Shown: piece after piece, positions 8,098 through 16,194 of the stretch | Numbering within the stretch: position 1 is the first letter of the stretch | How the letters are laid out: each line of letters starts with the position of its first letter | NCBI GenBank assembly: GCA_040752415.1 | Contig: JBFMGU010000152.1 | Span: 1 to 25,928 of the forward strand | Source of the DNA: Myxococcota bacterium | GTDB lineage: Bacteria > Myxococcota > JACRCW01 | Direction of reading: 5' to 3' | DNA length: 25,928 nucleotides | Notes under the pieces: generated by a model | Databases searched by the model: none | What the model was told of the DNA's origin: nothing | The model's input: only the letters and a program-made list of their open reading frames with translations | Made by a program: the position numbers and the translations under genes

Positions 8098-10071
8098 TCA
8101 GCGCGCGGCGGGGCGAACGAGCTTGCCCTCGACCTCGCTGAGGCGGCGCTTGAGACCGGCGTTCTCGGGCTCATAGCCCAGCGCGAAAGTCAGGTTGAGT
8201 CGCGCGCCGTTGAGGTCATTCCGGTTGAGCGCCTGCAAGGCCAGCTTCAGGAACTTCTTGCCGCCGGGCGTGGTGGCGTCGTCCTCCGGGTTGGCGGCGG
8301 GCTCCGCGGGAGCGGCAGGCGGCGGCGGTGGCGACGGAGCGGGCGTGTGCGGCGGCGAGGGCAACGACGCATTGGCCGGTGTGGGCAGCCGGCTCCGCAC
8401 CTGCGGCTTGGACGTCGGGACCACGACGCGGAAGGCGGGCGTGTCGGAGGGTTGCAGCGCGGGGCGCACGGGCGGGGGCGCGTCGTCGACCACCACGCTG
8501 CTGGACGGCGACGGAGGAGGCGGCGGGGCGGCCTCACGTTCGGGCGCGGGGGGGACCACCTCCGGCGGGGCGGGATGGGAGCCCACGCGCAGCAGCTCCT
8601 CGTAGGCCGCACGCTCCTGGGGGTCGGAGAGGACGCGGAAGGCCTCGGTCACCCGACGGTAGATGGCGGTGAGCCGGTCGCGCAGGGCGCCGGAGGGCAA
8701 CCAGGTGTAGCGGTCCGGGTGGAACTCCAGGCTGAGCGCGTGGAAGGCGGCCATCACGTCGTCCGCGGAGGCGGTGCGTTCCACGCCGAGCAGTTGGTAG
8801 AGGTCCAGGCGATCCAACAGGCGGTACACCGCCATCACGCGACGCGTCTTCTCGCGGCCCAGGATGTCCTCGTGCACGCGCGCGGGGTCCGGTCGCAGGC
8901 CGGTGCGGCGCAGCGCGGTGGTCTCCCCCTCCAGGGGGATCACCTCGACGTCGCGGGGCAGCGGGGGCGCGTCGGTCTTCAGCTTGCGCGGGGGAACCGC
9001 GTTGGGCGGCACCGGGGGGCCCTCACCGACGGGCAGCACGGGCAGCGGCGGATCCGCGCGGGGAATCAGCGCGCCGGCCGCCAGCTCATCCGCGCGCTCG
9101 ACGACGTGCTGCAGGTGCGCGAGCAGATCCACCGCGGGCTGGGTGGCCGCTGGCGCCCCGCCCGACGAGGCGAACACGTCCTCCTCCGCCTGCGGCTCGG
9201 GAGCGGCCTTGCCCGACGCCACCGCCTCGCGGAGTTGCTCCAGTCCCTCGGGGCCGGTGCCCACGTCGGTCTTGGAGGGCTCGGCCTCACTGGCGGCCGC
9301 GGGCGCGGCGGGCTCCTCGACGGAGGCGGGCGTGGGCTCGTTGTGGTCGGGGGGCGCGGGCGGTGCGGCGGCGGCATCCTCCGTCTTCAGCGCCTGCTGG
9401 ATGACCTCCGCGGGCGTGCCCTCCGGCGGCGTGCGCTCACCTTCCGCGGCCGCCGGCAGCTCAACGTCACCGGCCATGGTGGGCTCGGCCACCGGCGGCG
9501 GCCCCAGCGGCGCCACCGTGTCCGCGGAGGGCGACTCATTGAGCGCCGCCGCAACCACGCGCTGGTCCAGGCCGCTCAGCGTGGTGGGCTCGTCGGGGGC
9601 GTCGGGGGAGGAGGCCGCGTCCAGCTCCATGGCGGTCGACGGCAACGCGGAATCCAGCTCCAGCTCCAACGCCGTGGCGGCGAACTGCGCCGCGCGCTTG
9701 AGGCTGATCTCCTTGAGCACGCGCTCGCACGCCCGGGAGTCCAGCGGCTGGGGCAGGATCCCGTCGACGGTGGAAGGCGCCGCCTGCGCACGCTCCTCCG
9801 CGCTGAGCTGGTCATGACGCTCATGCATCACGAAGAGCAGCACCCCCAGCTCACGGGCCTTCTGGCTGATCTTCCCGGCGAGGCGGGGCGCGTCCACGCG
9901 GGAGGCGGCCAGCAGGACGGCGTCCGGTCTCACCTCGTGGAAGCGGTCCAGGCCGTCTTCCTCGTCGAGCGCATAGACCAGGGAGTGCGGCGCGGTGGAC
10001 ATGAGCTTGTTGAGCTCCGCCCGACGCAGCGGGTCGCCGTCAACCACCAGAAGGATCCGCCTCTGCACCAT
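8098..10071 (-). CDS. Multidomain J-domain protein: atypical receiver domain, Pro/Ala linker, J domain and C-terminal TPR-like helices
   Basis: The N-terminus RILLVVDGDP...RPDAVLL has a receiver-fold pattern. J domain DLYQLLGVERTASADDVMAAFHALSLEFHPDRY...AFRVLSDPQERAAYE, with HPD at 8713-8721. C-terminal ALQALNRNDLNGARLNLTFALGYEPEN. Confidence 0.88.
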   Translation of the reverse strand: MVQRRILLVVDGDPLRRAELNKLMSTAPHSLVYALDEEDGLDRFHEVRPDAVLLAASRVDAPRLAGKISQKARELGVLLFVMHERHDQLSAEERAQAAPSTVDGILPQPLDSRACERVLKEISLKRAAQFAATALELELDSALPSTAMELDAASSPDAPDEPTTLSGLDQRVVAAALNESPSADTVAPLGPPPVAEPTMAGDVELPAAAEGERTPPEGTPAEVIQQALKTEDAAAAPPAPPDHNEPTPASVEEPAAPAAASEAEPSKTDVGTGPEGLEQLREAVASGKAAPEPQAEEDVFASSGGAPAATQPAVDLLAHLQHVVERADELAAGALIPRADPPLPVLPVGEGPPVPPNAVPPRKLKTDAPPLPRDVEVIPLEGETTALRRTGLRPDPARVHEDILGREKTRRVMAVYRLLDRLDLYQLLGVERTASADDVMAAFHALSLEFHPDRYTWLPSGALRDRLTAIYRRVTEAFRVLSDPQERAAYEELLRVGSHPAPPEVVPPAPEREAAPPPPPSPSSSVVVDDAPPPVRPALQPSDTPAFRVVVPTSKPQVRSRLPTPANASLPSPPHTPAPSPPPPPAAPAEPAANPEDDATTPGGKKFLKLALQALNRNDLNGARLNLTFALGYEPENAGLKRRLSEVEGKLVRPAAR

Positions 10072-10106
10072 GCGTCCGTCCCAGAACCCTCAGGGGGCGC
10101 CCAGCT

Positions 10107-11675
10107 TCAGGCGCGCACCTCTCCGCGCCTCAGGCGCAGCAACACCACGTCCTGCTCCAACGACTCCGCGCCCGCGCGCACCACCGGCGAGCTGCGCGTC
10201 CCGGTGGCGAGATCGGTGGCGCTCACGTTGAGCACCCCGTCGCAGTCCATCTCAAAGCTCACCTCCACCCTGCCCTCCCCCCGACGGGACGAGCGCAGGC
10301 CCTCCACCACGAACTCGCCCGTGGCGCGACGTTGCCCGTCGGTGCCCTCGCCCTGCAGCAGCTGCACGTGCAGGCGCTCCTGGTCGTCGGTGGAGGTGGT
10401 GAAGACACAGCGGCGCTCCGACGGGATGGGCGAGTTGCGCGCGAACAGGCGCTCCTCCCGTCCGCCCGCTTTCACGAACCACGGAGACGGCAGCACGTCG
10501 GAAATCAGGGAGCCGGGCTTCTCCTCCGGGCTGGCCGCGTCCAGCAGCTGACGCGCGTACAGCGCCGCGCCCAGGGCCACCGCGCCGTCGTCCTGCGCCA
10601 CGCCCAGGGGGGCCTTCTTGAAGTAGCGCGCCGCCGCTTCCGCCACGAGCGGCACCCGCGTGGCACCACCCACCAGCAGCACCGCGTCCAGGTCCCCCAC
10701 GACGGTGCGCGCCGACTTCAACGCCTGGTCACACAGCGCCAGCGTCCGACGCACCACGTCCTGCCCCGCGGTGGTGATCTCCTCCCGCGTCAGCTCCGCC
10801 ATCAAGTCCAGCGGGCCGTTGTCGCCGTAGGCCATCTCCCGCAGGCGGACCTCCACGCTGGTGTTCTCGCTGAGGTGGATCTTGCTGTTCTCCGCGGCGT
10901 TGAGAAGGCGTTGCGTGGCCACCACGTCGGTGGCGAGGTCCAGGCCGTGCTCGGCGAGGAAGCGGCTGCGCAGCGCCTCGTACAGCAGGCGGTCGAACTC
11001 GTCTCCGCCCACCATCGTGTCGCCGGCCACCGCGCGCACCTGGACCACGTGGTCGCGCACGTCGAGGACCGCGGCGTCGAAACACCCACCGCCAAACGCG
11101 TACACCGCCACGCGCTGCTGCAATCCCGCCCCGTGCGCGTGCAACAACGTGGCCGCGGCGGGCGCGCTGACAATGCGCAGCACGTCCAGGCCGGCCATCT
11201 GCGCGGCGAGTCGGAAGGCGAGGCGCTGCGCGTCGGAGGCGCAGGCGGGAACGGCAATCACCGCCTTGCTCACCGGCCCGCCCAGGAAGGCTTCCGCCTG
11301 CGCCTTGAGGTGCGTGATGAGCACGGAAGCCACTTCCGACGGGCTGTAGACGTTCTCGCCAATCTCCACGCCGACCTTCCCGGAAGGACACGGCACCAGC
11401 GTGTAGGGCACGGCGTGGGAGAGCGACTTGATGACCGGGTCGTCGGCGTCGCGGCCGAGGAGGCGCTTGACGCCGTAGACGGTGCGCGCGGGGTCAATCA
11501 GCCGACGCCGCTTGGCGTCCAGCCCGACGATGGGCTCGCCGTCCTCGGGGTAGGACACCACCGCGGGCGTCAGGATCCGACCCTGGTCATCCGGGATGAC
11601 CACCGGGGCACCGTCCTTGACGGCCGCCACGGAGGCGTTGCTGGTTCCCAGATCAATCCCGATGACCCTGTCCAT
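10107..11675 (-). CDS. Hsp70 (DnaK-like) family protein, lidless and with degenerate ATPase motifs
   Basis: IGIDLGTSN, KRLLGR, GGDEFD, AAENSKIHLS and VLLVGGATRVP motifs, plus an SBD-beta pattern FTTSTDDQ...VEVSFEMDCDGVLNVSATD. It is 522 aa and ends right after the beta-sandwich. Confidence 0.92.
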   Translation of the reverse strand: MDRVIGIDLGTSNASVAAVKDGAPVVIPDDQGRILTPAVVSYPEDGEPIVGLDAKRRRLIDPARTVYGVKRLLGRDADDPVIKSLSHAVPYTLVPCPSGKVGVEIGENVYSPSEVASVLITHLKAQAEAFLGGPVSKAVIAVPACASDAQRLAFRLAAQMAGLDVLRIVSAPAAATLLHAHGAGLQQRVAVYAFGGGCFDAAVLDVRDHVVQVRAVAGDTMVGGDEFDRLLYEALRSRFLAEHGLDLATDVVATQRLLNAAENSKIHLSENTSVEVRLREMAYGDNGPLDLMAELTREEITTAGQDVVRRTLALCDQALKSARTVVGDLDAVLLVGGATRVPLVAEAAARYFKKAPLGVAQDDGAVALGAALYARQLLDAASPEEKPGSLISDVLPSPWFVKAGGREERLFARNSPIPSERRCVFTTSTDDQERLHVQLLQGEGTDGQRRATGEFVVEGLRSSRRGEGRVEVSFEMDCDGVLNVSATDLATGTRSSPVVRAGAESLEQDVVLLRLRRGEVRA

Positions 11676-11780
11676 GCGCGCTTTGTCCTGGGGAGGCGTG
11701 GCACGCTAGTCCTCGCGTGGCAGCGCGCGCAATTGCTGATTCGTGGTTCATCGCCCCCGCCCGCGCTGCAGGATCCGTCG

Positions 11781-12620
11781 ATGCGCCTGCTGCTGTTGAC
11801 CCGCCGGCCCACCGGCTACACCGCGCGTCGCCTGCGCGAGGCCGCCGACGGGCTGGGCCACCGGATCCTGGCGCTGGATCCCGCGGGCCTGGGCGCCCAC
11901 CTCGGCGCCGGTCGTCCCACCCTGGTGCGCGGCAACCGGCCCGTGCCCGCCGTGGACGGGGCCCACCTGCGCCCCGGTGGTCGCACCGCGGAACACGGGC
12001 TGTTGCTGCTCCGCGTGTTGGAGACCGCCGGCGTGCCATGCCTGAACTCCACCGTGGCCCTGGGTCAGCTCCGACCCCGCACCCTGGCGCTGGCGCAGCT
12101 GGGACTTTCCCGCATCCCCGTGCTGCGCGGCGCCACCGTCCGTCGTGGACGCGAGCTGGAGGACGCGGTGGCGGCGGCGGGGGGGCTGCCGGTGGTGCTC
12201 CACGCCGAGAGTCGCGACGGAAGAATCTCCCGCGTGGGCGCCAGCTCCCTTGCCGCCGCGCGCGCCGCGCTGAGCGTGCTGCTGGGTGTGGAGCAGACCG
12301 TGATGGTGCAGGCGGGCGCGCCGCGGATGACGCGCGTGCTCGTGGTGGGCGGCCGCGCGCGCGGCGCGGTGACCCGGCTGGCGACGGGACGGATGCGCTA
12401 CGTGGCGGAGGTGGGGCCGGAGACGCAATTGGCGGCCCGCGCCGCGCGCGCGTTGGGATTGGACGTGGCGGGTGTCGACGTGGCGGCGCTGCGCGAGGGT
12501 CCCGCGGTGGCTTCCGTGACGGCCTCACCGGCGTTGGAGGCGCTGGAGGCGCTGGGCGGAGTGGACCTGGCCACGCCGATGGTGCGCGCGTGGGCGGCCC
12601 GGGTGCGCGCGGGTGCATGA
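11781..12620 (+). CDS. RimK-like ATP-grasp fold protein, apparently degenerate
   Basis: MRLLLLTRRPTGYTARRLREAADGLGH matches the RimK N-terminus, and LAARAARALGLDVAGVDV matches the RimK C-domain. The real start is the ATG at 11781 inside the 10332 ORF. Confidence 0.8.
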   Translation: MRLLLLTRRPTGYTARRLREAADGLGHRILALDPAGLGAHLGAGRPTLVRGNRPVPAVDGAHLRPGGRTAEHGLLLLRVLETAGVPCLNSTVALGQLRPRTLALAQLGLSRIPVLRGATVRRGRELEDAVAAAGGLPVVLHAESRDGRISRVGASSLAAARAALSVLLGVEQTVMVQAGAPRMTRVLVVGGRARGAVTRLATGRMRYVAEVGPETQLAARAARALGLDVAGVDVAALREGPAVASVTASPALEALEALGGVDLATPMVRAWAARVRAGA

Positions 12621-13099
12621 GCGCAGGCAACCGGGTAGAACACGGCGCCATGATCAAGCACACCCTCGTGTTCCTGATGCTCTCCGCCCCCGTCCTGGCC
12701 CAGCAGCCCCAGGAGAAGCACTACACCGTCGACACCAGCGGCACGCCGCGCGAGGTGAAGGTGGGTGACAAGGGCTCGCTCTCGATTGTCATCACGCCCA
12801 GCGCCGGCAAGAAGGTGCACGACCAGGCGCCGCTGGTGGTGAGCCTCAAGGGCAGCAAGGGCGTGGCGCTGGCCAAGAACAAGCTGGGTCACTCCGACGT
12901 GGCCAACAAGGGCGACAAGGCCCCGCAGATCAAGGCGGAGTTCACCGCGCGCGAGCCCGGCGAGCAGACCGTGGACGCCGACATGCAGTTCTTCATCTGC
13001 ACCGACAAGTGGTGCGAGCGCATGACTGAGAAGGTCAAGGTCACCCTGAACGTGGTGCCCGCCGACGCCGCGCCAGCGCCCACACCAGCACCCAAGTGA
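12617..13099 (+). CDS. Secreted Ig-like protein resembling the DsbD N-terminal domain (CxxxxC motif)
   Basis: Signal peptide MIKHTLVFLMLSAPVLA (alternative start 12650), beta-rich body and FFICTDKWCER near the C-terminus. ATG 12617 overlaps the upstream stop (ATGA). Confidence 0.7.
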   Translation: MSAGNRVEHGAMIKHTLVFLMLSAPVLAQQPQEKHYTVDTSGTPREVKVGDKGSLSIVITPSAGKKVHDQAPLVVSLKGSKGVALAKNKLGHSDVANKGDKAPQIKAEFTAREPGEQTVDADMQFFICTDKWCERMTEKVKVTLNVVPADAAPAPTPAPK

Positions 13100-14051
13100 G
13101 CAACGCCGCGGGCGGCCCACTCCTCACGCCGTCCATGCCGCAGGTGATGGGCTTCCACGCCAGCGGATGCAGGATGCGCCAGGAGGCAAAGGTCTCCGCC
13201 TGGTCGCGCGCGTCCGAGAGTTTCAGTCGGATCTCGTAGGCCCCGTCGACGTCGGGACGCACGCGCACCAGGCCAGGCGAGTTGTTGTCCTTCTCCAGGA
13301 ACGAGCGGCTGCCACTGGGCACCACCAGGTTCCACTCGAAGATGAGCTCGCCGTGCGCCGGGTCGTGCGAGCTGCCCGTGGCGTCGGCCACCACGTCCGA
13401 GCCGATGAGGATGGTCCCGTTGGGGCAGCGCGGGTCGCAGTTGAGCTGGCGCCCGTCGCCAATGATGCGGAAGTCCAGCTTGAACGGGATGCTCTGCACG
13501 TCGAGGGTCAATGTGGCGCGCGCGGATTGCCCCTGCGGGTCCTGCACGCTGAGCCCCACCTGGTAGAGCCCGGCCACCTCCGGCGTGAAGCCCGTCTGCG
13601 CGGAGGTGGGGTCGGTCATCTCCGCCGTCGAGCCGGTGGGCCGGGTCACCACCTCCCAGAGGTAGGTCAGCGCGCCGCCCTCAGGGTCGCTGGACGACGA
13701 CGCGGACAACGTCAGCTCCGTGCGCACCTCCGCCGTCAGCTCCGCGCAGGCCGGCCCGCACGTGGCCTCCCCCGCGGTGGCGACGATGATCGCACGTGGC
13801 GGCTGGTTGGCGGGCGGAATGTTGGCGTCGGGAGCGACGGTGGCGTCGGGAACGGAGGCGTCCGGGGTGGTGGCGGCGTCGGGAGCGGAAGCGTCGGCGG
13901 GCGTGGCGGCGTCGGGAAGTTCCGCGGCATCGGTGGCACCCGCGTCCAGCGTCCCCGCATCCAGCGCCGCGTCGGCGGGACCGCCATCCGCCCACGCAGT
14001 CGACGACGCCAGCAGCGCCACCAATCCCCATGCCCCACACTGGAAACGCAT
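13041..14051 (-). CDS. Cell-surface PKD/Ig-like domain protein with a MYXO-CTERM-like sorting tail
   Basis: Signal peptide ending STAWA, a PDA-rich linker, and two Ig-like repeats (NQPPRA...LSASSSSDPEGGALTYLWEV...FTPEVAGLYQVGLSV). The tail is TCG...AALLTWVLVWALARRRR. Confidence 0.8.
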   Translation of the reverse strand: MRFQCGAWGLVALLASSTAWADGGPADAALDAGTLDAGATDAAELPDAATPADASAPDAATTPDASVPDATVAPDANIPPANQPPRAIIVATAGEATCGPACAELTAEVRTELTLSASSSSDPEGGALTYLWEVVTRPTGSTAEMTDPTSAQTGFTPEVAGLYQVGLSVQDPQGQSARATLTLDVQSIPFKLDFRIIGDGRQLNCDPRCPNGTILIGSDVVADATGSSHDPAHGELIFEWNLVVPSGSRSFLEKDNNSPGLVRVRPDVDGAYEIRLKLSDARDQAETFASWRILHPLAWKPITCGMDGVRSGPPAALLTWVLVWALARRRRAPRSG

Positions 14052-14130
14052 CACGTCCGCACCCTGCCACGGGCGACGGCCCACGGCATCCGGCAGACTG
14101 CCACGCCCACCCCGCCCGCCGCCAATCCGG

Positions 14131-14664
14131 TCAGGCGAACATCACGTGACAGATGATGACGCTGATGATCACGCCGAGCAGCTCACCGAGGAGCCCCACC
14201 GCCAGCGCGTAGCGGAAGTTCGAGACGCCCACGGAGCCGAAGTAGACGGCGAGCACGTAGAAGGTGGTCTCCGCGCAGCTGGAGATGACCGCGGCCATCT
14301 TGCTGACGAATGCGTCCGGGCCGTGCGTCTTCATGAGATCGACGAGGACCGCGTTGGCGCCGGAGCCGGAGAGCGGTCGGATGAGGATCATGGGCAGCGC
14401 CTCCGCCGGCACGCCCAGCGGCGTGGTGATGGGGGCGAGCACCGAGGAGAGCGCGTCGATGAGGCCGGTGGAGCGGACCATGCTGATGGCGCACAGGATC
14501 CCCACCAGGTACGGGATGATGCGCACCGCGGTCTCGAAGCCTTCCTTGGCGCCCTCGATGAAGCTCTCGTACACGCGGACCTTGCGCGCGTACGCAATGC
14601 CGATGATGGCCACGAAGATGAACGGAATGGCGACGTGGCTGACGCCCTCCAGCAACGCCTTCAT
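14131..14664 (-). CDS. spmB: Spore maturation protein B family (nucleoside-recognition Gate domain) membrane protein
   Basis: VYESFIEGAKEGF, IIPYLV, RPLSGSGA and ETTFYVLAVYFGSVG motifs. Its ATG at 14664 overlaps the spmA stop (ATGA). Confidence 0.9.
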   Translation of the reverse strand: MKALLEGVSHVAIPFIFVAIIGIAYARKVRVYESFIEGAKEGFETAVRIIPYLVGILCAISMVRSTGLIDALSSVLAPITTPLGVPAEALPMILIRPLSGSGANAVLVDLMKTHGPDAFVSKMAAVISSCAETTFYVLAVYFGSVGVSNFRYALAVGLLGELLGVIISVIICHVMFA

Positions 14665-15314
14665 GGCTGCTCCTCCACCGGCTGCGGCCTGGCCACCCGC
14701 TTGGCGATCTTGGCGAGCACCACCGCCAGCACCGCGGTGATGGCCGTGGCCAGCGCCACCGGTCCGACGATGTCGGAAGGATCCGCGGCGCCCGCAGCCT
14801 GGCGCAGCGCGATGGTCTGGCTGGGGAGCGGCGTGAAGGAGGTGGCGTGCATGGCCATGAAGAGGCACATGGCGTCGGTGGCGACGTGCTTGACCGGGTT
14901 GAGCTTCTGCAGCTCCTGCATGGCCTTGATGCCCAGCGGCGTGGCGGCGTTGCCAATGCCCAGCGCGTTGGCGCTCAGGTTCAGCGTCATGGCGCTGATG
15001 GCGGGATGGCCCTTGGGAATCTCCGGGAAGAGCCGCGTCATCACCGGCTCGACGAGACGCCCCACGAGCTCGATGAGTCCCGCGCGCTCCGCCACCTTCA
15101 TCAGGCCCAGCCACAACGTCATCACGCCAATGAGCTTCAACGAGAGCTCCGCGGCGGTGGTGGCGGCGTCAAACAGCGAGTTGGTGAGCGCCGCGGACAG
15201 GCCCTTCTGGCACTGGGCCGCGTCCTGGGCGAGGAGACCCAACGCGCACGCCGCGTCGGCGCCCATGGCGTAGAGACAACCGAGGAGGATGAGGGCGACA
15301 AAGACGAGGTTCAC
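14661..15314 (-). CDS. spmA: Spore maturation protein A family membrane protein
   Basis: LWLGLMKVAERAGL, LFPEIPKGHPA and NALGIGNAATPLGIKAMQELQKLNP motifs. Confidence 0.92.
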   Translation of the reverse strand: MNLVFVALILLGCLYAMGADAACALGLLAQDAAQCQKGLSAALTNSLFDAATTAAELSLKLIGVMTLWLGLMKVAERAGLIELVGRLVEPVMTRLFPEIPKGHPAISAMTLNLSANALGIGNAATPLGIKAMQELQKLNPVKHVATDAMCLFMAMHATSFTPLPSQTIALRQAAGAADPSDIVGPVALATAITAVLAVVLAKIAKRVARPQPVEEQP

Positions 15315-15353
15315 GGCAGGCGAGCGTAGAGAATGGCGCCCGCCGTCACCAAT

Positions 15354-15992
15354 TTATTGCCCGGCTTCCTCCGGCTGCTCCTCCTCCCCGTCAAGCTGGC
15401 CGGTGCCCCACAGCGCCACCAGCTCCGGCCAGGAGCGCTGCGCGAGCGAGATGTCCACCGGCAGCACGGGGAACCCACCGTCGGTGTCCACGTTGAAGAT
15501 CGGCTCCTCCGGCTCCACACCGGACGCCGCGCCCGCATCCGCGCGGGGCACCATGCGCTGGCCCGTGAACGTGATGATGACGTCGCAGTCCCGCTTGCGA
15601 CACAGGATCTCGCCCTCACCACCCTGCTTGTCCAGCCGGCCCTTGAAGGTGCTGCCCACCCGACACGGCCCGCCCTGCCCGCTGCGCTCGAAGTGGCCGT
15701 TCTCGTCGAGGTGCGCGTCTCCCTGGTAGAGCCCACCGCGCAGGTAGATGGTGATCTCCCGCAGCGTGTGCCACTCCACCACCATCTCCTCCTGGCTGCG
15801 CTTGTACGGCTCGCTGGCACCGCAGCGGGAGTCGTCCTCGAGGACGTCGATGTCGTAGCGGATGACCTTCTCCCCGTCCTCGACGGGAACGGGGCGGTGC
15901 GCCTGGGCGGGCGCCGTCATGGGGAGCTCACACGCGGTCAGCGCAGACGCACACACGAGCGTCCGCAACCCCCGGCTGCAAATGGGGCGCAT
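15354..15992 (-). CDS. Hypothetical lipoprotein
   Basis: MRPICSRGLRTLVCASALTAC is a lipoprotein-like signal (LTAC), followed by a beta-rich body and an acidic tail. GC3-rich codons. It lies just upstream of spmA. Confidence 0.6.
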   Translation of the reverse strand: MRPICSRGLRTLVCASALTACELPMTAPAQAHRPVPVEDGEKVIRYDIDVLEDDSRCGASEPYKRSQEEMVVEWHTLREITIYLRGGLYQGDAHLDENGHFERSGQGGPCRVGSTFKGRLDKQGGEGEILCRKRDCDVIITFTGQRMVPRADAGAASGVEPEEPIFNVDTDGGFPVLPVDISLAQRSWPELVALWGTGQLDGEEEQPEEAGQ

Positions 15993-16194
15993 GGAAGACC
16001 TCACGTTGTGAAGACACCGGCACCGTTGCCCCGGGCCGCCGTGGCGGCGCCGAGGCCGGACCAATGCGCAGGTTGTGGGTGGTCACACGGTGGCAGGCAC
16101 CCGCGTCAACAAGATGATAACGACGGCGCGCCATCCCAGCAGGCGCGTCACCGGGTTGTCGCACACCGGATCAACGCGGGAGAACGAGGAGAAC

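Noticed and set aside
7882..10551. 889-aa plus-strand ORF
   Set aside because: Antisense shadow of the J-domain and Hsp70 genes. It is Arg/Gly-rich with no motifs, as expected in high-GC DNA.
11699..11714. TGGCACG as a sigma54 -24 box before the RimK-like gene
   Set aside because: There is no GC at the required -12 position.
10332..11780. N-terminal 483 aa of the 762-aa ORF, suggesting a large RimK fusion
   Set aside because: It overlaps the Hsp70 gene in antisense. RimK similarity begins only at ATG 11781.
11717..12616. N-terminal part of the 460-aa ORF
   Set aside because: An alternative frame over the RimK-like gene. Only the part from 12617/12650 looks like a real protein.
14665..15114. 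N-terminal extension of the spmB ORF, or an spmA-spmB fusion
   Set aside because: It is an off-frame overlap with spmA. The ATGA junction at 14661-14664 explains two separate genes.
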